Below the pieces are notes generated by a model that had not been told where the DNA came from, did not search any database, and saw only the letters and a list, made by a program, of their open reading frames with translations. A stretch of 28,918 nt of DNA, from positions 1 through 28,918 of the IMG/VR virus record IMGVR_UViG_3300049731_000043, one strand, 5' to 3'. The translations under genes and the position numbers were made by a program. This stretch comes from a virus (lineage: Duplodnaviria > Caudoviricetes). How positions within the stretch are numbered: the stretch's first letter is position 1; every line of letters starts with the position of its first letter. Below, piece after piece: positions 6,365 to 15,743 of this stretch.

Positions 6365-6663
6365 TGCCGGTATCTGTCGGGCCAGCTTACATCGCCGCCC
6401 TCAACGATAAGACCGATCGTGTGGTGGCGCTAGCAAACGAAGCCATGAAGCTGCTCGCGGGCATCGACGACGACGAGGCGCACACCGCGCTCACGCTCGT
6501 GGTGACGGCGATGATCCTAGCGACCGCTCCACCCGGCAAGGAGCACGCCGCCGCCGACGCCATGAAGCGCACGGTCCTCGAAATGCTGGACCGGCCCGAC
6601 ATCGTCGAATGGATCAAGCAAGGAATTAAGCACTTGCCGCCAACCAGCAGGAGGAAACAGTGA
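6361..6663 (+). CDS. hypothetical helical protein
   Basis: GGAGGAG RBS; ATGA overlap with the recE-like gene; 100 aa. Confidence 0.75.
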   Translation: MMPVSVGPAYIAALNDKTDRVVALANEAMKLLAGIDDDEAHTALTLVVTAMILATAPPGKEHAAADAMKRTVLEMLDRPDIVEWIKQGIKHLPPTSRRKQ

Positions 6664-6959
6664 TGCTCAAGCCCGTTTGCTTTCCTTGCCGCCGCTTCTT
6701 CCGCATGCGCAAGAGCGGCTACTACTTCACCGAAGGCATGCCGCGCGACGGCTCCAAGCGCCCGCCCGCTGGCAAGGACGCCGACGCGCACTGGAAGCCC
6801 TACAAAATTTGGTGCGCCGATCTGTGGGAATGCGAAGGCTGCGGCACCGCGATCCTCGCGGGCTCCGGCTTGTCGGCGATAGCCGTCCAGCACGAGGCCG
6901 ACTTCGCCGAGGTCCGCAAGCAACTCGGCGCGACTCAGTATCAGGTTAACGACTGCTGA
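6660..6959 (+). CDS. Zn-ribbon hypothetical protein
   Basis: AGGAGG RBS; CFPC ... DLWECEGCG. Confidence 0.75.
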   Translation: MMLKPVCFPCRRFFRMRKSGYYFTEGMPRDGSKRPPAGKDADAHWKPYKIWCADLWECEGCGTAILAGSGLSAIAVQHEADFAEVRKQLGATQYQVNDC

Positions 6960-6976
6960 AAAGGAGGAGAGAAGCC

Positions 6977-7483
6977 ATGTCAGTTTTCCGTTGCCCGCAA
7001 TGCGGGCACGAATGGCGCCAGCCGAAGGAAGGATACAACGGCGCGCTCAAGCCATTCCTTGAGCGGGTCGTCGCCATGGGAAAGGACGGCCGCACGCTTG
7101 ACGAGATCACCGACTATCTCCTGAAGCGCGACGCCGACCTTTTCCTCTCGCAAGATTACGAGACGATCAGCAGCAATAGGCAGCGGATCAAGGCCGCCGC
7201 TCGGCAAGCGCTTCGTTCTCATGGCATCGCCATTCCGCAAGGGGTCGCCAACGATGTGCGGCGGGAGAAGGCGCGTGCGCGCCGAGCGCTCATTGTGCAA
7301 CAGCATGACGAGCAAGGGATGCTGTTCAAGGAGATCGCGCAAGTGCTCGGCATTTGCACGCAGCGGGCGCACCAGCTTTACCGACTCGAAAAGCGCATCA
7401 GGGACGAGCGTCATGGACCAGCACCGCAAGCGGCTAAAGGATTCGCCACCACCAGCAAGGAAGAGGAAGACGACAATGACTGA
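6977..7483 (+). CDS. DNA-binding protein with N-terminal CxxC and C-terminal HTH (sigma70 region 4-like)
   Basis: AAGGAGG RBS; FRCPQCGHEW; GMLFKEIAQVLGICTQRAHQL. Confidence 0.8.
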   Translation: MSVFRCPQCGHEWRQPKEGYNGALKPFLERVVAMGKDGRTLDEITDYLLKRDADLFLSQDYETISSNRQRIKAAARQALRSHGIAIPQGVANDVRREKARARRALIVQQHDEQGMLFKEIAQVLGICTQRAHQLYRLEKRIRDERHGPAPQAAKGFATTSKEEEDDND

Positions 7484-8606
7484 CGAACACACTACCGACC
7501 ATACGCCTGTCACCCGCCGCGACTTGCACGAGCAAAATATCGACAAGGTATTTCCCGAGCGCTCGCGCGGCGATCTCGTGCGCGTCGAGCATGGCAAGCT
7601 TGAGTTTGCCAACATGACGGAAATGATGAACGCCGCGAAAATGTTGAGCATGGCGACCGTCACCTTGCCGCAATGGCTGCGCGGAAACCCCGGCGACTGC
7701 TTCGTCATTCTCGGCAAGGCTTTGCACTGGGGTTTCGAGATCAGCGCGGTCGCCAGCCAAATTTACAAGACCGTCAGCAAGTCGGGCGTCGAGCGCATCG
7801 AGCACCAAGCGCAACTGGTGAATGCGCTGATCCTCTCGCGCGCCAAGCTGGCGCGGCGCCCGCGCTATATGTTCAGCGGCGAAGGCGAGAGCCGCCGCTG
7901 CACATGCACCGTCTACATTCGCGGCGAGGAGAAGCCGTTCGTCTATGAGTCGCCGCCGATCTCGCAGATCTCGCCAAAGAACTCGCCGCTATGGGCGACC
8001 GATCCGGACCAGCAACTCGCCTACTATTCCATCCGAGCGTGGGCAAAGCGCCATTCACCCGAGACGCTCATGGGCGTCAACAGCGCCGACGATATCGTGG
8101 AGAACGAGCCGCTCTCCGCGCCCGCGCCGCTCGCGCTCGCCGAGCCCACGGCGGCGCTCCATCAGCGGCTAGAGCAAGCCGCCGCCGCCAGCAATGGGGA
8201 GCCCGGCGAAGGCTTCTCCGAGTCCGCCATTGAGGAGGCCGTGCGCGAGGCCAGTGGCGTAAATGCCACAGCGCCCGGCGGGCCAGCGGAGCCCGCTGGT
8301 GAGCCGGAGCCGGGAGGGGATAGCCGAGGCCAGCCCGAGCCGGAAAAGCGCACGGGCGCCCGCCCGGCCGCGAAGGCGAAGGCGGCCAAGGCGGAGAAAC
8401 CCCCCAAGGAAAGGCCGCTGCCGACCAGCCCCACGGAATACCGCAAATGGGTCGCGGGCTGGCTCCGCGAATATGACGACGAGGCCAAGATCGCGGAGCG
8501 CTGGCGCACGGAGCGGCGGCTCCGCAATGCTTGCGGGCTGATCGAAGAGGACCGCGAGAAGGTGCGCGCCTTGGTCGACAACCGCATCGCCGACATTCGC
8601 CGCTAG
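7476..8606 (+). CDS. recT: RecT-family single-strand annealing protein
   Basis: ATG 7476; LRGNPGDC, AQLVNALI, SPLWATDPDQQLAYYSIRAWAKRHSPETLMGV, then a low-complexity linker and C-terminal helical domain; near the RecE-like gene. Confidence 0.88.
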   Translation: MTDEHTTDHTPVTRRDLHEQNIDKVFPERSRGDLVRVEHGKLEFANMTEMMNAAKMLSMATVTLPQWLRGNPGDCFVILGKALHWGFEISAVASQIYKTVSKSGVERIEHQAQLVNALILSRAKLARRPRYMFSGEGESRRCTCTVYIRGEEKPFVYESPPISQISPKNSPLWATDPDQQLAYYSIRAWAKRHSPETLMGVNSADDIVENEPLSAPAPLALAEPTAALHQRLEQAAAASNGEPGEGFSESAIEEAVREASGVNATAPGGPAEPAGEPEPGGDSRGQPEPEKRTGARPAAKAKAAKAEKPPKERPLPTSPTEYRKWVAGWLREYDDEAKIAERWRTERRLRNACGLIEEDREKVRALVDNRIADIRR

Positions 8607-8656
8607 GGCACGAAGCGTGGCGAAGTCCGGTGCTCAAAAGGGGACGCCGGAAGCAA

Positions 8657-8706
8657 GGCGGGCGGCGGGCTTCGTGAACCCTACAAGGCCCATGCCGCCG
8701 CCCGCC
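8657..8706 (+). promoter_or_regulatory. intergenic GC-rich hairpin downstream of recT
   Basis: Perfect 12-bp stem GGCGGGCGGCGG (8657-8668) / CCGCCGCCCGCC (8695-8706); no clear U-tract. Confidence 0.5.
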
Positions 8707-8780
8707 ACCCTTCGACACCACCAATGAGGAACCGAACGATGATGATGACTTTTCGCTCAAGCAAAGACAAGGACCCACCC

Positions 8781-9224
8781 ATGAACCCGAACCCGCTCGA
8801 TCAAATCCGGCCGCCGCAGCCGGTGCCGATTCCCGCCGCGCTGGCGCGCCAGCGCTCGGAGATCGCGGCGCAAGCGGCGCAGCAAGCGCACGAAATGGAG
8901 CAAGCGCTCGAAGACAGTCACGCCCAGCTTATGCAAGCGAGCACCCGCGTGCATTTGCTCGAAGCCAAGCTCGAAGAAATTAAGGCGCAACTTCTTGCGC
9001 TGGCCGACGAGCGCGACTGGCACAAGGCCCGGCACATCAGGATCGAAAACTCGCTACGCAATTCGGCCTCGATCTTGCTCGATGTGCTGCGCGAGCCGAT
9101 GCCCGAGAGCGTCGTGGTCGAGCATCAGACCGACCCCGAGCGGATCAAGCAAGCTGTCGAAGGCATCGAGCGCGAGCTAGCGCAAGCGACGGCTGGCAAG
9201 GAGGAGAGCAAGTCGAGCGGCTGA
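8781..9224 (+). CDS. coiled-coil hypothetical protein
   Basis: AAGGA RBS before ATG 8781 (alternative start 8724); heptad-like E/Q/L/A-rich helix. Confidence 0.75.
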   Translation: MNPNPLDQIRPPQPVPIPAALARQRSEIAAQAAQQAHEMEQALEDSHAQLMQASTRVHLLEAKLEEIKAQLLALADERDWHKARHIRIENSLRNSASILLDVLREPMPESVVVEHQTDPERIKQAVEGIERELAQATAGKEESKSSG

Positions 9225-9287
9225 AAATTCGAACCCCTCGCGGCTTTCGTGTCCGCCTGCCAGTTGGCCTCGCTGGCCGCGAGGGTA

Positions 9288-9328
9288 GAGCCGGAGTGTG
9301 GTGCCCCCCGCTCCGGCTCGCTTTTCTT
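9288..9328 (+). terminator. intrinsic terminator
   Basis: GAGCCGGAG (9288-9296) / CTCCGGCTC (9311-9319) followed by GCTTTTCTT; preceded by a second 10-bp stem 9235-9244 / 9276-9285. Confidence 0.6.
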
Positions 9329-9355
9329 GCACCGCAATTTTCAATTGGAGAACTC

Positions 9356-9673
9356 ATGACTCAGCAACAGCGCCTATGGCTTGCATGGGCCGTGCTCGGC
9401 ACGGCTTTGGTCCTTTCCATCACCGCCGCCTTTCAAGCGCGCGCCGAGGTTTGTCACACCAAGCGGCAAATAAGCGACGCAACCTTGGAGCGGCGGCCGG
9501 GTTACCGCTGGCAATGGCGCAACGTCGATGCTCGCCCTTGCTGGTATTATTCCAACCGCGTGCTGCCCGCCGAGGAGTTGGTTTGGTCGTTCACGGAGCG
9601 CGAATTCAACTCCGATGTTGACCGCGTCATCCAGCGCAAATTCTACACGCCGGAGGAGCTAGCCGATGACTGA
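9356..9673 (+). CDS. exported/periplasmic hypothetical protein
   Basis: GGAG RBS, ATG 9356; signal-peptide-like N-terminus ending QARA; motif WQWRNVDARPCWYY. Confidence 0.75.
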   Translation: MTQQQRLWLAWAVLGTALVLSITAAFQARAEVCHTKRQISDATLERRPGYRWQWRNVDARPCWYYSNRVLPAEELVWSFTEREFNSDVDRVIQRKFYTPEELADD

Positions 9674-9866
9674 CAGGAACACGCTCGACATTAATTGCAT
9701 GACGGTCGAATTAGCAGAAGGCATTTGGCGGATCATGCTGGTCTTTGACGACAACTTGACCTTCTTCTCCGCCCGCTCATGGCGAACGCACGAGGAGTGC
9801 GACGCCTTTCTCGCCACGACCAAGATCGGCCTCGGCCTCGACCGCTCGGAGCGCTTGCTGCAATAG
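9666..9866 (+). CDS. hypothetical protein
   Basis: GGAGGAG upstream; 8-nt overlap with the previous gene; 66 aa. Confidence 0.6.
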   Translation: MTDRNTLDINCMTVELAEGIWRIMLVFDDNLTFFSARSWRTHEECDAFLATTKIGLGLDRSERLLQ

Positions 9867-9873
9867 CACCACC

Positions 9874-9915
9874 AAAAAGGACCGCCCGAAAGGATGAGGA
9901 GTATTTCGGGCGGCC
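9874..9915 (-). terminator. intrinsic terminator of the late operon at the convergence point
   Basis: 10-bp stem CCGCCCGAAA (9882-9891) / TTTCGGGCGG (9904-9913); T5 tract on the minus strand at 9874-9878. Confidence 0.65.
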
Positions 9916-9964
9916 AAGTTATCGGCGAGTCGGGAGGACAGCATCGTCGGACTGACTCGCCGAA

Positions 9965-10279
9965 TCAGTTTGGCCCTCGATGGCGCACTTCCATCAAACG
10001 AATGCACTCAAGCCCGACAATGACGATCACCGCGACCAGCGCATAGCCGACCGTCGATGCGCCGACGAGCCCGAGGTCGGCCGCGTGCCCGGTCCAGATC
10101 ATCGCCGCCCTAAGTGCCGACACTCCGGTCAGCACTCCGAAGAGCACCAGCCGGATTCTTGATAGGGTCGTCGCTCTGCTCGGATCGAACCTCAGTATCG
10201 CCGCTAGCTGAATCGCGAACGCGAGCGCTCCCGTCCCGAGCACCAGCGCGAGCAGCGTTTGATACGTTTCCGTTGCCAT
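9965..10279 (-). CDS. membrane protein (3 TM), lysis-cassette associated
   Basis: GGAGG RBS before ATG 10279; three hydrophobic segments; last gene of the late operon. Confidence 0.7.
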   Translation of the reverse strand: MATETYQTLLALVLGTGALAFAIQLAAILRFDPSRATTLSRIRLVLFGVLTGVSALRAAMIWTGHAADLGLVGASTVGYALVAVIVIVGLECIRLMEVRHRGPN

Positions 10280-10553
10280 TGCTGAACCCTCCAATTTTTT
10301 TAACCACGAACCGGATCAGCACATCGGTGAGCACGAGCGCGCTCATGCCGCACAGAAAGCCCGCGACCGGCTCGGGGAGATCGAGCCAATGCGCCACCAG
10401 CGGCGCGCCATAGTTCGCCATGAACACGCCAGCGATCACACTCGCAATGGCTTGCGGGAACCCCTGCCAAAACACCAGCGCATTGACCACGCCGCCAGCG
10501 AGCCCGGCGAACATCAGCTTTAGGTTCAAGCCAAGGTCGGTTTCTATGTTCAT
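10110..10553 (-). CDS. putative holin
   Basis: ATG 10553 overlaps the endolysin stop (ATGA); about 3 TM segments (FAGLAGGVVNALVF, IASVIAGVFMANY, VAGFLCGMSALVL) followed by a KK tail. Confidence 0.7.
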   Translation of the reverse strand: MNIETDLGLNLKLMFAGLAGGVVNALVFWQGFPQAIASVIAGVFMANYGAPLVAHWLDLPEPVAGFLCGMSALVLTDVLIRFVVKKIGGFSNGNGNVSNAARAGARDGSARVRDSASGDTEVRSEQSDDPIKNPAGALRSADRSVGT

Positions 10554-12859
10554 GTGACGCTCGAATCGGTTGGCGTCGGCGCGGCGTTGGGCGCAAGGAG
10601 CGTCACAAGATCGCGCGTCAGCTTGTCGATAGCCGCGTCGGTTGCCGCCTTGCATTGATCGACCGCGGCGACGATAGAGTCGACCGGCAGCGGCGGCTCG
10701 GGCTCGGGCTCCGGCGCCGCCTTGATATAGGTGGCAACTTGCGCGAGGAGCGCCTCGGCCTCGGCGCGTATCTCGACCTCTTGCCGAACGATCGGTCCCC
10801 AATGGTTGTAGAGCACGCGCACGCCGACCGCGCACATATCAGTGGCGAAGGCCGGGCATGACTTGGCGAGGTCTTGGAATTGCCGCCCATCGCCGGTGCC
10901 ATAGCTTTGCGTGTCCTTGATCGTAATGCCGCGCTTGAAAATTTCCGCGAAGGAAGGTTCGCTGCCCGCCTCGTAGCGGTCGAGCAGCTTCGGCATTTCC
11001 GGCGAGGCCGCCGCGCTATTCCATGACTGCTGAAACAGCCCGGCCTCGGCGGTGTTCGCCGTGACATTGCTCGCGGTCATGTCGCGGCCTTCGGTATAGT
11101 TGCCGCTGCTCTCCCGCATGCCGAGCCCATAGAGCATGACGAAAGCCTTGCGCAGCACATTCTCGTCGCCGCTCGCAACAATGCCGTAGTAGGCCAGCGC
11201 GTCCTTGCTGTTGGCTCCTATCGGCGCCGCCATGGCAACCGCGCTTGAGTCGCGGGCGATCAGCTTGCGGAGGCTTTGCGCGAACATCACCGCCATGCCT
11301 TGCGTATAGCCGATAGGCGCCCGGCCGCGATCTTGCCAAGCGTAGGTCGCTATCGCCGAGCGCTCCGCCATGGCGCAAACGTCCGCGATCTCTTGCGCCG
11401 TGAGCGGGTGATAGTCGGTCGGCGGGAGCGGGCTCATGCCCTCAAATAGCGCCGTCCATGTTTGCTGACCGACGATGCCGTCAACCTCAAGCCCGCGCGC
11501 GCTCTGATAAGTCTTAACCGCTTGCTCGGTGAGCGCGCCAAAGTCGCCGTCCTCCTCAAGCTGCGGAGAGGCGCCTTGTGCGTTCAACATTTTCTGCAAG
11601 ACCACCACCGCATCGCCCGTGCTCTGAATCATGAGCATGGGCATGTCGGTCGGTTGCACGACATAATTCTCGACCGGCGGCGCCCGGCGCACGAAGTGCG
11701 GCGCCTTGCTGAAAGCGGTCTCGGTGACGGTGTTGCTTTGGTTGCCGCCGATATATCTGCGCGGGCTCACGCTCGATATGAAAGCGATGTGGTGGAGATC
11801 GGAATACTCGAACAGCGCAATGTCGCCGACCTTCTCCGCGCCGCTGGCAACCGGCGTGCCGAACGGCTCCCACGCATCGACATACATCCAGCCGCCGACG
11901 CCGAAGTCCGCAAGCGGCGGCTCGATGCCGAAGCGCGCCATTTTGTCCGCGATATAGATGCCGCACCATGCGGTGCTCGGCCCGGCTTGCGCGGCATACT
12001 TTGCATGTGAAGGGAAGGCGCGGCCGACGCGCGCCGCCAGCATCGGCACATCGGAGCCGTCTTTATATCTCGGCGGCGGCCCGAGGTCCTCGCGCATCTC
12101 CTTCACCCATGGCGTCCCGCTGATCACGATAGGAGGCACGGGCGGCGAGTCGGGCGGCGAGCTCGCGAGCGCTGGCCGCATGATGTTGAAGTGGGTCTCG
12201 TATTCGCCGCTTGGCGAATTGGTGACGCCGAAGTCCAGCAAGCCGAGCGCCGTGGCCTCCGCCGCGATCTTGTCCGCCCATGCGCGTCCCTCCTCCTCAT
12301 AGCTCACCACGCGGATCGAGAGGTCGGGCTTGCCAGCCGCGCGCCGCATGTCGTCGAGCTTCTTCGCGGTGGTGTCGCTCTCCTCGATAATGAGGCCAGC
12401 GCACCCGGCATGGCGAAGCAACGAGACAGGATCGCCGCCGCCGACCATGTGCGGGTTCTTCACCAGCACGCGCAAGCCTTCTTGAACGGCGGCGTCTAGC
12501 ATCTGATCGGCTTGCGGCACGGTATAGGTATCGAGGTTGTCGATCTCGCCGAGCGTGAAGCCGAGCGCCTTCCACTTGCGCCATTGCGTCGCGAGGTTCT
12601 GCCAGAAATAAGCGGTGCCAAACACCGGCGCGGGCTCGCCGTACTCCTCCTCGATATCATCCGGCGGATCAATGTAGTCGATGCCGGGCTTGCGGCCCTT
12701 CTCCTCTTGCCGCGCGTTGGCATAGAAGGAAGCGATGCCGAGGCCGGGCTTAGTGGTGGCGTCGTAGCCAACCTCGGTGGCGGCTCCGCTCTCTCCGGTA
12801 TCGTTGCTCTTGCCGATCAAGTAGCGGAGCGGCAAGCCCGCCAGCGGGAACGCGGCCAT
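10550..12859 (-). CDS. multidomain endolysin: GH114-like barrel + CHAP/NlpC-P60 (TIGR02594-like) + PG-binding + lysozyme-like domain
   Basis: EIDNLDTY..VKN; TAWCG..GDIALF..HHIAF..IGGNQSNTV; LQKMLN..DGDFGALTEQAVKTYQSARGLEVDGIVGQQTW; LGMRESSG..AEAGLFQQSWN; located between tail genes and holin. Confidence 0.85.
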   Translation of the reverse strand: MAAFPLAGLPLRYLIGKSNDTGESGAATEVGYDATTKPGLGIASFYANARQEEKGRKPGIDYIDPPDDIEEEYGEPAPVFGTAYFWQNLATQWRKWKALGFTLGEIDNLDTYTVPQADQMLDAAVQEGLRVLVKNPHMVGGGDPVSLLRHAGCAGLIIEESDTTAKKLDDMRRAAGKPDLSIRVVSYEEEGRAWADKIAAEATALGLLDFGVTNSPSGEYETHFNIMRPALASSPPDSPPVPPIVISGTPWVKEMREDLGPPPRYKDGSDVPMLAARVGRAFPSHAKYAAQAGPSTAWCGIYIADKMARFGIEPPLADFGVGGWMYVDAWEPFGTPVASGAEKVGDIALFEYSDLHHIAFISSVSPRRYIGGNQSNTVTETAFSKAPHFVRRAPPVENYVVQPTDMPMLMIQSTGDAVVVLQKMLNAQGASPQLEEDGDFGALTEQAVKTYQSARGLEVDGIVGQQTWTALFEGMSPLPPTDYHPLTAQEIADVCAMAERSAIATYAWQDRGRAPIGYTQGMAVMFAQSLRKLIARDSSAVAMAAPIGANSKDALAYYGIVASGDENVLRKAFVMLYGLGMRESSGNYTEGRDMTASNVTANTAEAGLFQQSWNSAAASPEMPKLLDRYEAGSEPSFAEIFKRGITIKDTQSYGTGDGRQFQDLAKSCPAFATDMCAVGVRVLYNHWGPIVRQEVEIRAEAEALLAQVATYIKAAPEPEPEPPLPVDSIVAAVDQCKAATDAAIDKLTRDLVTLLAPNAAPTPTDSSVT

Positions 12860-12875
12860 GATGTCCTCCGGCCTT

Positions 12876-15743
12876 CTAGTTTATTTGCGGCCCTAGCTCC
12901 GCCCCCGAGCCGCTCAAAGTGACAAAGCTTATGCCGTCAATGGAGGCGCCCGCCGCGCCGGGCGAGAAGCCGGAGGAGCCATTCACGCCAGCCGCGCCCG
13001 GCCCGCCGCCCGCGCCCGCGCCGCCGCCTCCTCCGGCGCCAGCCGCGCCGCCAGCATCCGCGGTGCCGCTGGCACCCGGAAATGTGCCCGCGCCGCCCAC
13101 GCCCGGATTCGTGCCCGCACCACCGCCGCCGCCCTCGACTGATCCCGCGCCTTCGCCGCCGCCGCCGCCGCCATATATCTGACCATTGTTGATGAGCGCG
13201 ACTGTCTTGCGCGTGTAGAAGGCCGGGCCGCCAGCAAATCCGTTTTGGCCCAACTGGTTGCCGCCGTCGCCGCCGCGCCCTTGGATGCGCGCGCCGACAT
13301 CGAGGGTGACTTGCACCGTCACGCCAGCGGGCCATGTCCCGACATCGAGCGCGGGCAACGCGGTGCTGGTCGAGCCAATGACGACGCCCGCGTTGATGAT
13401 GAGAAAAATATTGTTGCCGCTGACCGGCGCGACATAGAGCGAGTCGTGCAAGGTCCGCAAATTGACGTTCATGTTATTGGCGTCGAGAACGATCGTGCGA
13501 TTCGTCGGGTTGGTGACTATCGCCTGAAAACGCATCTCCTCCGCTTCGATATCGAACTCGTCGGCCTTCGGGTTCATGCGCGTGATCTGGATCGGGATCG
13601 TCGCTGGCTCGCCGGTATCCAATTGCAAAGGCCACGCGGTGATCTGATAGCCGCCGCCGAGCGAGGGGTCTTGGTCTGGACTGTAGCGGCGGAACACCGC
13701 GAAGTTGAAACGCCGGGGCGGATTCCGATAGCGCGCCAACTGAATTGCATTCGAGGCCAGCGCAATTGTCTGGCCGCCCGTGCTGATCCAGCGCGTTTGC
13801 CGCTTGCGGATCACCGACTGCTGATAGTCGAGCTCGGCGGCGGCATCGACCGACTGCGCGACCGAGCGGAAGTTATCAAGCTGGTCCAGCTTCAAGAGCG
13901 GGTTGATCTGCGCGAAGTAGGTCCAGACTTGCGACAGTCGCTTCTCGGACAGATCCTTGATCTTGAGCGTATCCTCCCGCCGATCATCCTTGGTGAAGGT
14001 TGCCGCCGTTGTCGGGATAGCGCGGAGCACTTGGAGGCGAACCAATTGCGCGCGGTCATCCCACCACACCGATAGCGCCGCTATGTCGATAATCTCGTCG
14101 ATGAGATCGCGCACCGACATCGGCTCGGTGATCACCGCGCTATAGACCTGCCCGAGGAAGGCCGCGGTCTCCGCCAGCCATGAGGCGAGCGGAATGTATG
14201 TGCTCGGGACGCCCGCGTAGGTTTGCAACAGATCGGAGATAATGTTCGCCGGATCGACGCCGTTATAGCGCACGCAAAGTTGCGCCCGCTCATCGGCCTC
14301 GTGCGCTACCGCCACGGTATTGAATTGCGCGCGCGTAATGGTCGCGCCGTCGCCGAGCGCCGAGTAGGCGGCAACCGGCGGCGTGAAATTGGCGGTGAAG
14401 TCGGCGCGCCCTTTGGTGATGCGCATCTCGTCGATCCAGCCATTGTAGTCCAGCAAGCCATCCGTGCGCGCTCCCCATATCGGCCGCCCCGACGTGCCGC
14501 CGATGATCAGATTATCCGCGCCGATGTAGGTTGATCCTACCTGCGTGCCGCCGACGAAGAGACGGGTACTCGTTCCCTGCCGACACAGCGCAACGTGCTG
14601 CCATGTGTTGGTGACGATCACGCCCGCCGCGCTTTGAATGCGGTTCACGTTGGTGTCATAGAAGATCACCCCGGTGCTATCGATGCGGATGCCGGGCGCG
14701 AGATCACCAACATTGAACCGGAAGTCGATCAGTTGCGAATTTTGAATGCCCGGGATGCGCATCCAAAAGTCAATTGAGAAGTCGCCCGCGCCGAAAGCAA
14801 AATCAGGATCGGCAAGCGCCGTGGTGCAGATCAAAGTATCGTCGCCGCCGTCAAACAAAACCGACGCCGCGCCGAACTTGAACTGCGCGGTATCAACCTG
14901 CGTGTTGCCACCGCGCGATACCGGCTTTGCGCCAGCCGAATCCGTGAACGTCGTCTGTCCGTCCGTTCCCTCGCCATGGCAAAGCCACGTCGCATTTTCC
15001 GTGCGCGTGAATGCGACAACTTCCGAGCCGCCCAAATTGATAAAGCCCGTGGCCGGATACTGCGCGCCGACGCCCGGCGGCGTGAGGCGCATGAAGGTCG
15101 CGCCAACAGTGATCGCAGTATCCAGCTTGCCCGCGCTCAGGAGCGGCGCTTGCGCGCGGTCGCCGTCCGCCAGCTTCAAGATGTCTTTTGCAATGACGGT
15201 GAATTGTCCGTCCCAGCTTGGCCCTTCGGTGCTCTCGATCACATAGTGCCGGGTGTCCATATCGACGAGCGCTTCGCCGAGGAGCCCACGGATCACCCGA
15301 ATGTTGCGGCCTTGCAAGAAGGGATGCCGCGTCTTGAATTTTCCGAAGTGCGACCCTTGCCGATACGGGTCGTAAGTCCGCTCGGATACATACTTGTCAT
15401 AGCCGGTGCCGGTGTCGCTGTGCGGGCTGTCCCGGAACACCACCTTGAGTGAGGCGCGCCCGCCGAGGCTCTCGCCGGGCTCAAGCGTGCCGGGCGTTAG
15501 CTCCACTGAAATGATGTTCGGCATCGCTTCGATATTCTTCGGCAAGTAGGCCGCTGGCATGGCGAAGCGGAGCGTGGCGCCGAGGTCGGTGAAGTTCGCA
15601 ATATCCTGACAGGTGACGCGGGAGTTGAAGCACTTCTTTGTCCCGGTCGGCGGCGAGGAGGAGAGCGACGCCTGACATGGCGGCACGCCATAGGTCAGCG
15701 AGCAATAGTCGATGTCGATCTCTACATAGGTTAGCGCTTTCAT
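12876..15743 (-). CDS. tail tip / host-specificity protein with inserted LamG domain and Gly-rich C-terminus
   Basis: N-terminal Cys motif CSLTYG..C..KCFNSRVTCQD; LamG-like DFSIDFW..WQHVALCR..GWIDEMRIT; GGGGGG-rich tail; position downstream of the tape measure gene. Confidence 0.85.
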   Translation of the reverse strand: MKALTYVEIDIDYCSLTYGVPPCQASLSSSPPTGTKKCFNSRVTCQDIANFTDLGATLRFAMPAAYLPKNIEAMPNIISVELTPGTLEPGESLGGRASLKVVFRDSPHSDTGTGYDKYVSERTYDPYRQGSHFGKFKTRHPFLQGRNIRVIRGLLGEALVDMDTRHYVIESTEGPSWDGQFTVIAKDILKLADGDRAQAPLLSAGKLDTAITVGATFMRLTPPGVGAQYPATGFINLGGSEVVAFTRTENATWLCHGEGTDGQTTFTDSAGAKPVSRGGNTQVDTAQFKFGAASVLFDGGDDTLICTTALADPDFAFGAGDFSIDFWMRIPGIQNSQLIDFRFNVGDLAPGIRIDSTGVIFYDTNVNRIQSAAGVIVTNTWQHVALCRQGTSTRLFVGGTQVGSTYIGADNLIIGGTSGRPIWGARTDGLLDYNGWIDEMRITKGRADFTANFTPPVAAYSALGDGATITRAQFNTVAVAHEADERAQLCVRYNGVDPANIISDLLQTYAGVPSTYIPLASWLAETAAFLGQVYSAVITEPMSVRDLIDEIIDIAALSVWWDDRAQLVRLQVLRAIPTTAATFTKDDRREDTLKIKDLSEKRLSQVWTYFAQINPLLKLDQLDNFRSVAQSVDAAAELDYQQSVIRKRQTRWISTGGQTIALASNAIQLARYRNPPRRFNFAVFRRYSPDQDPSLGGGYQITAWPLQLDTGEPATIPIQITRMNPKADEFDIEAEEMRFQAIVTNPTNRTIVLDANNMNVNLRTLHDSLYVAPVSGNNIFLIINAGVVIGSTSTALPALDVGTWPAGVTVQVTLDVGARIQGRGGDGGNQLGQNGFAGGPAFYTRKTVALINNGQIYGGGGGGEGAGSVEGGGGGAGTNPGVGGAGTFPGASGTADAGGAAGAGGGGGAGAGGGPGAAGVNGSSGFSPGAAGASIDGISFVTLSGSGAELGPQIN

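Noticed and set aside
12919-13300. GCC/CCG-rich stretch resembling the arrays, and a Pro-rich + strand ORF
   Set aside because: It has 3-nt periodicity from poly-Gly codons of the tail protein on the minus strand, with no 5-nt register or CCAAC delimiters.
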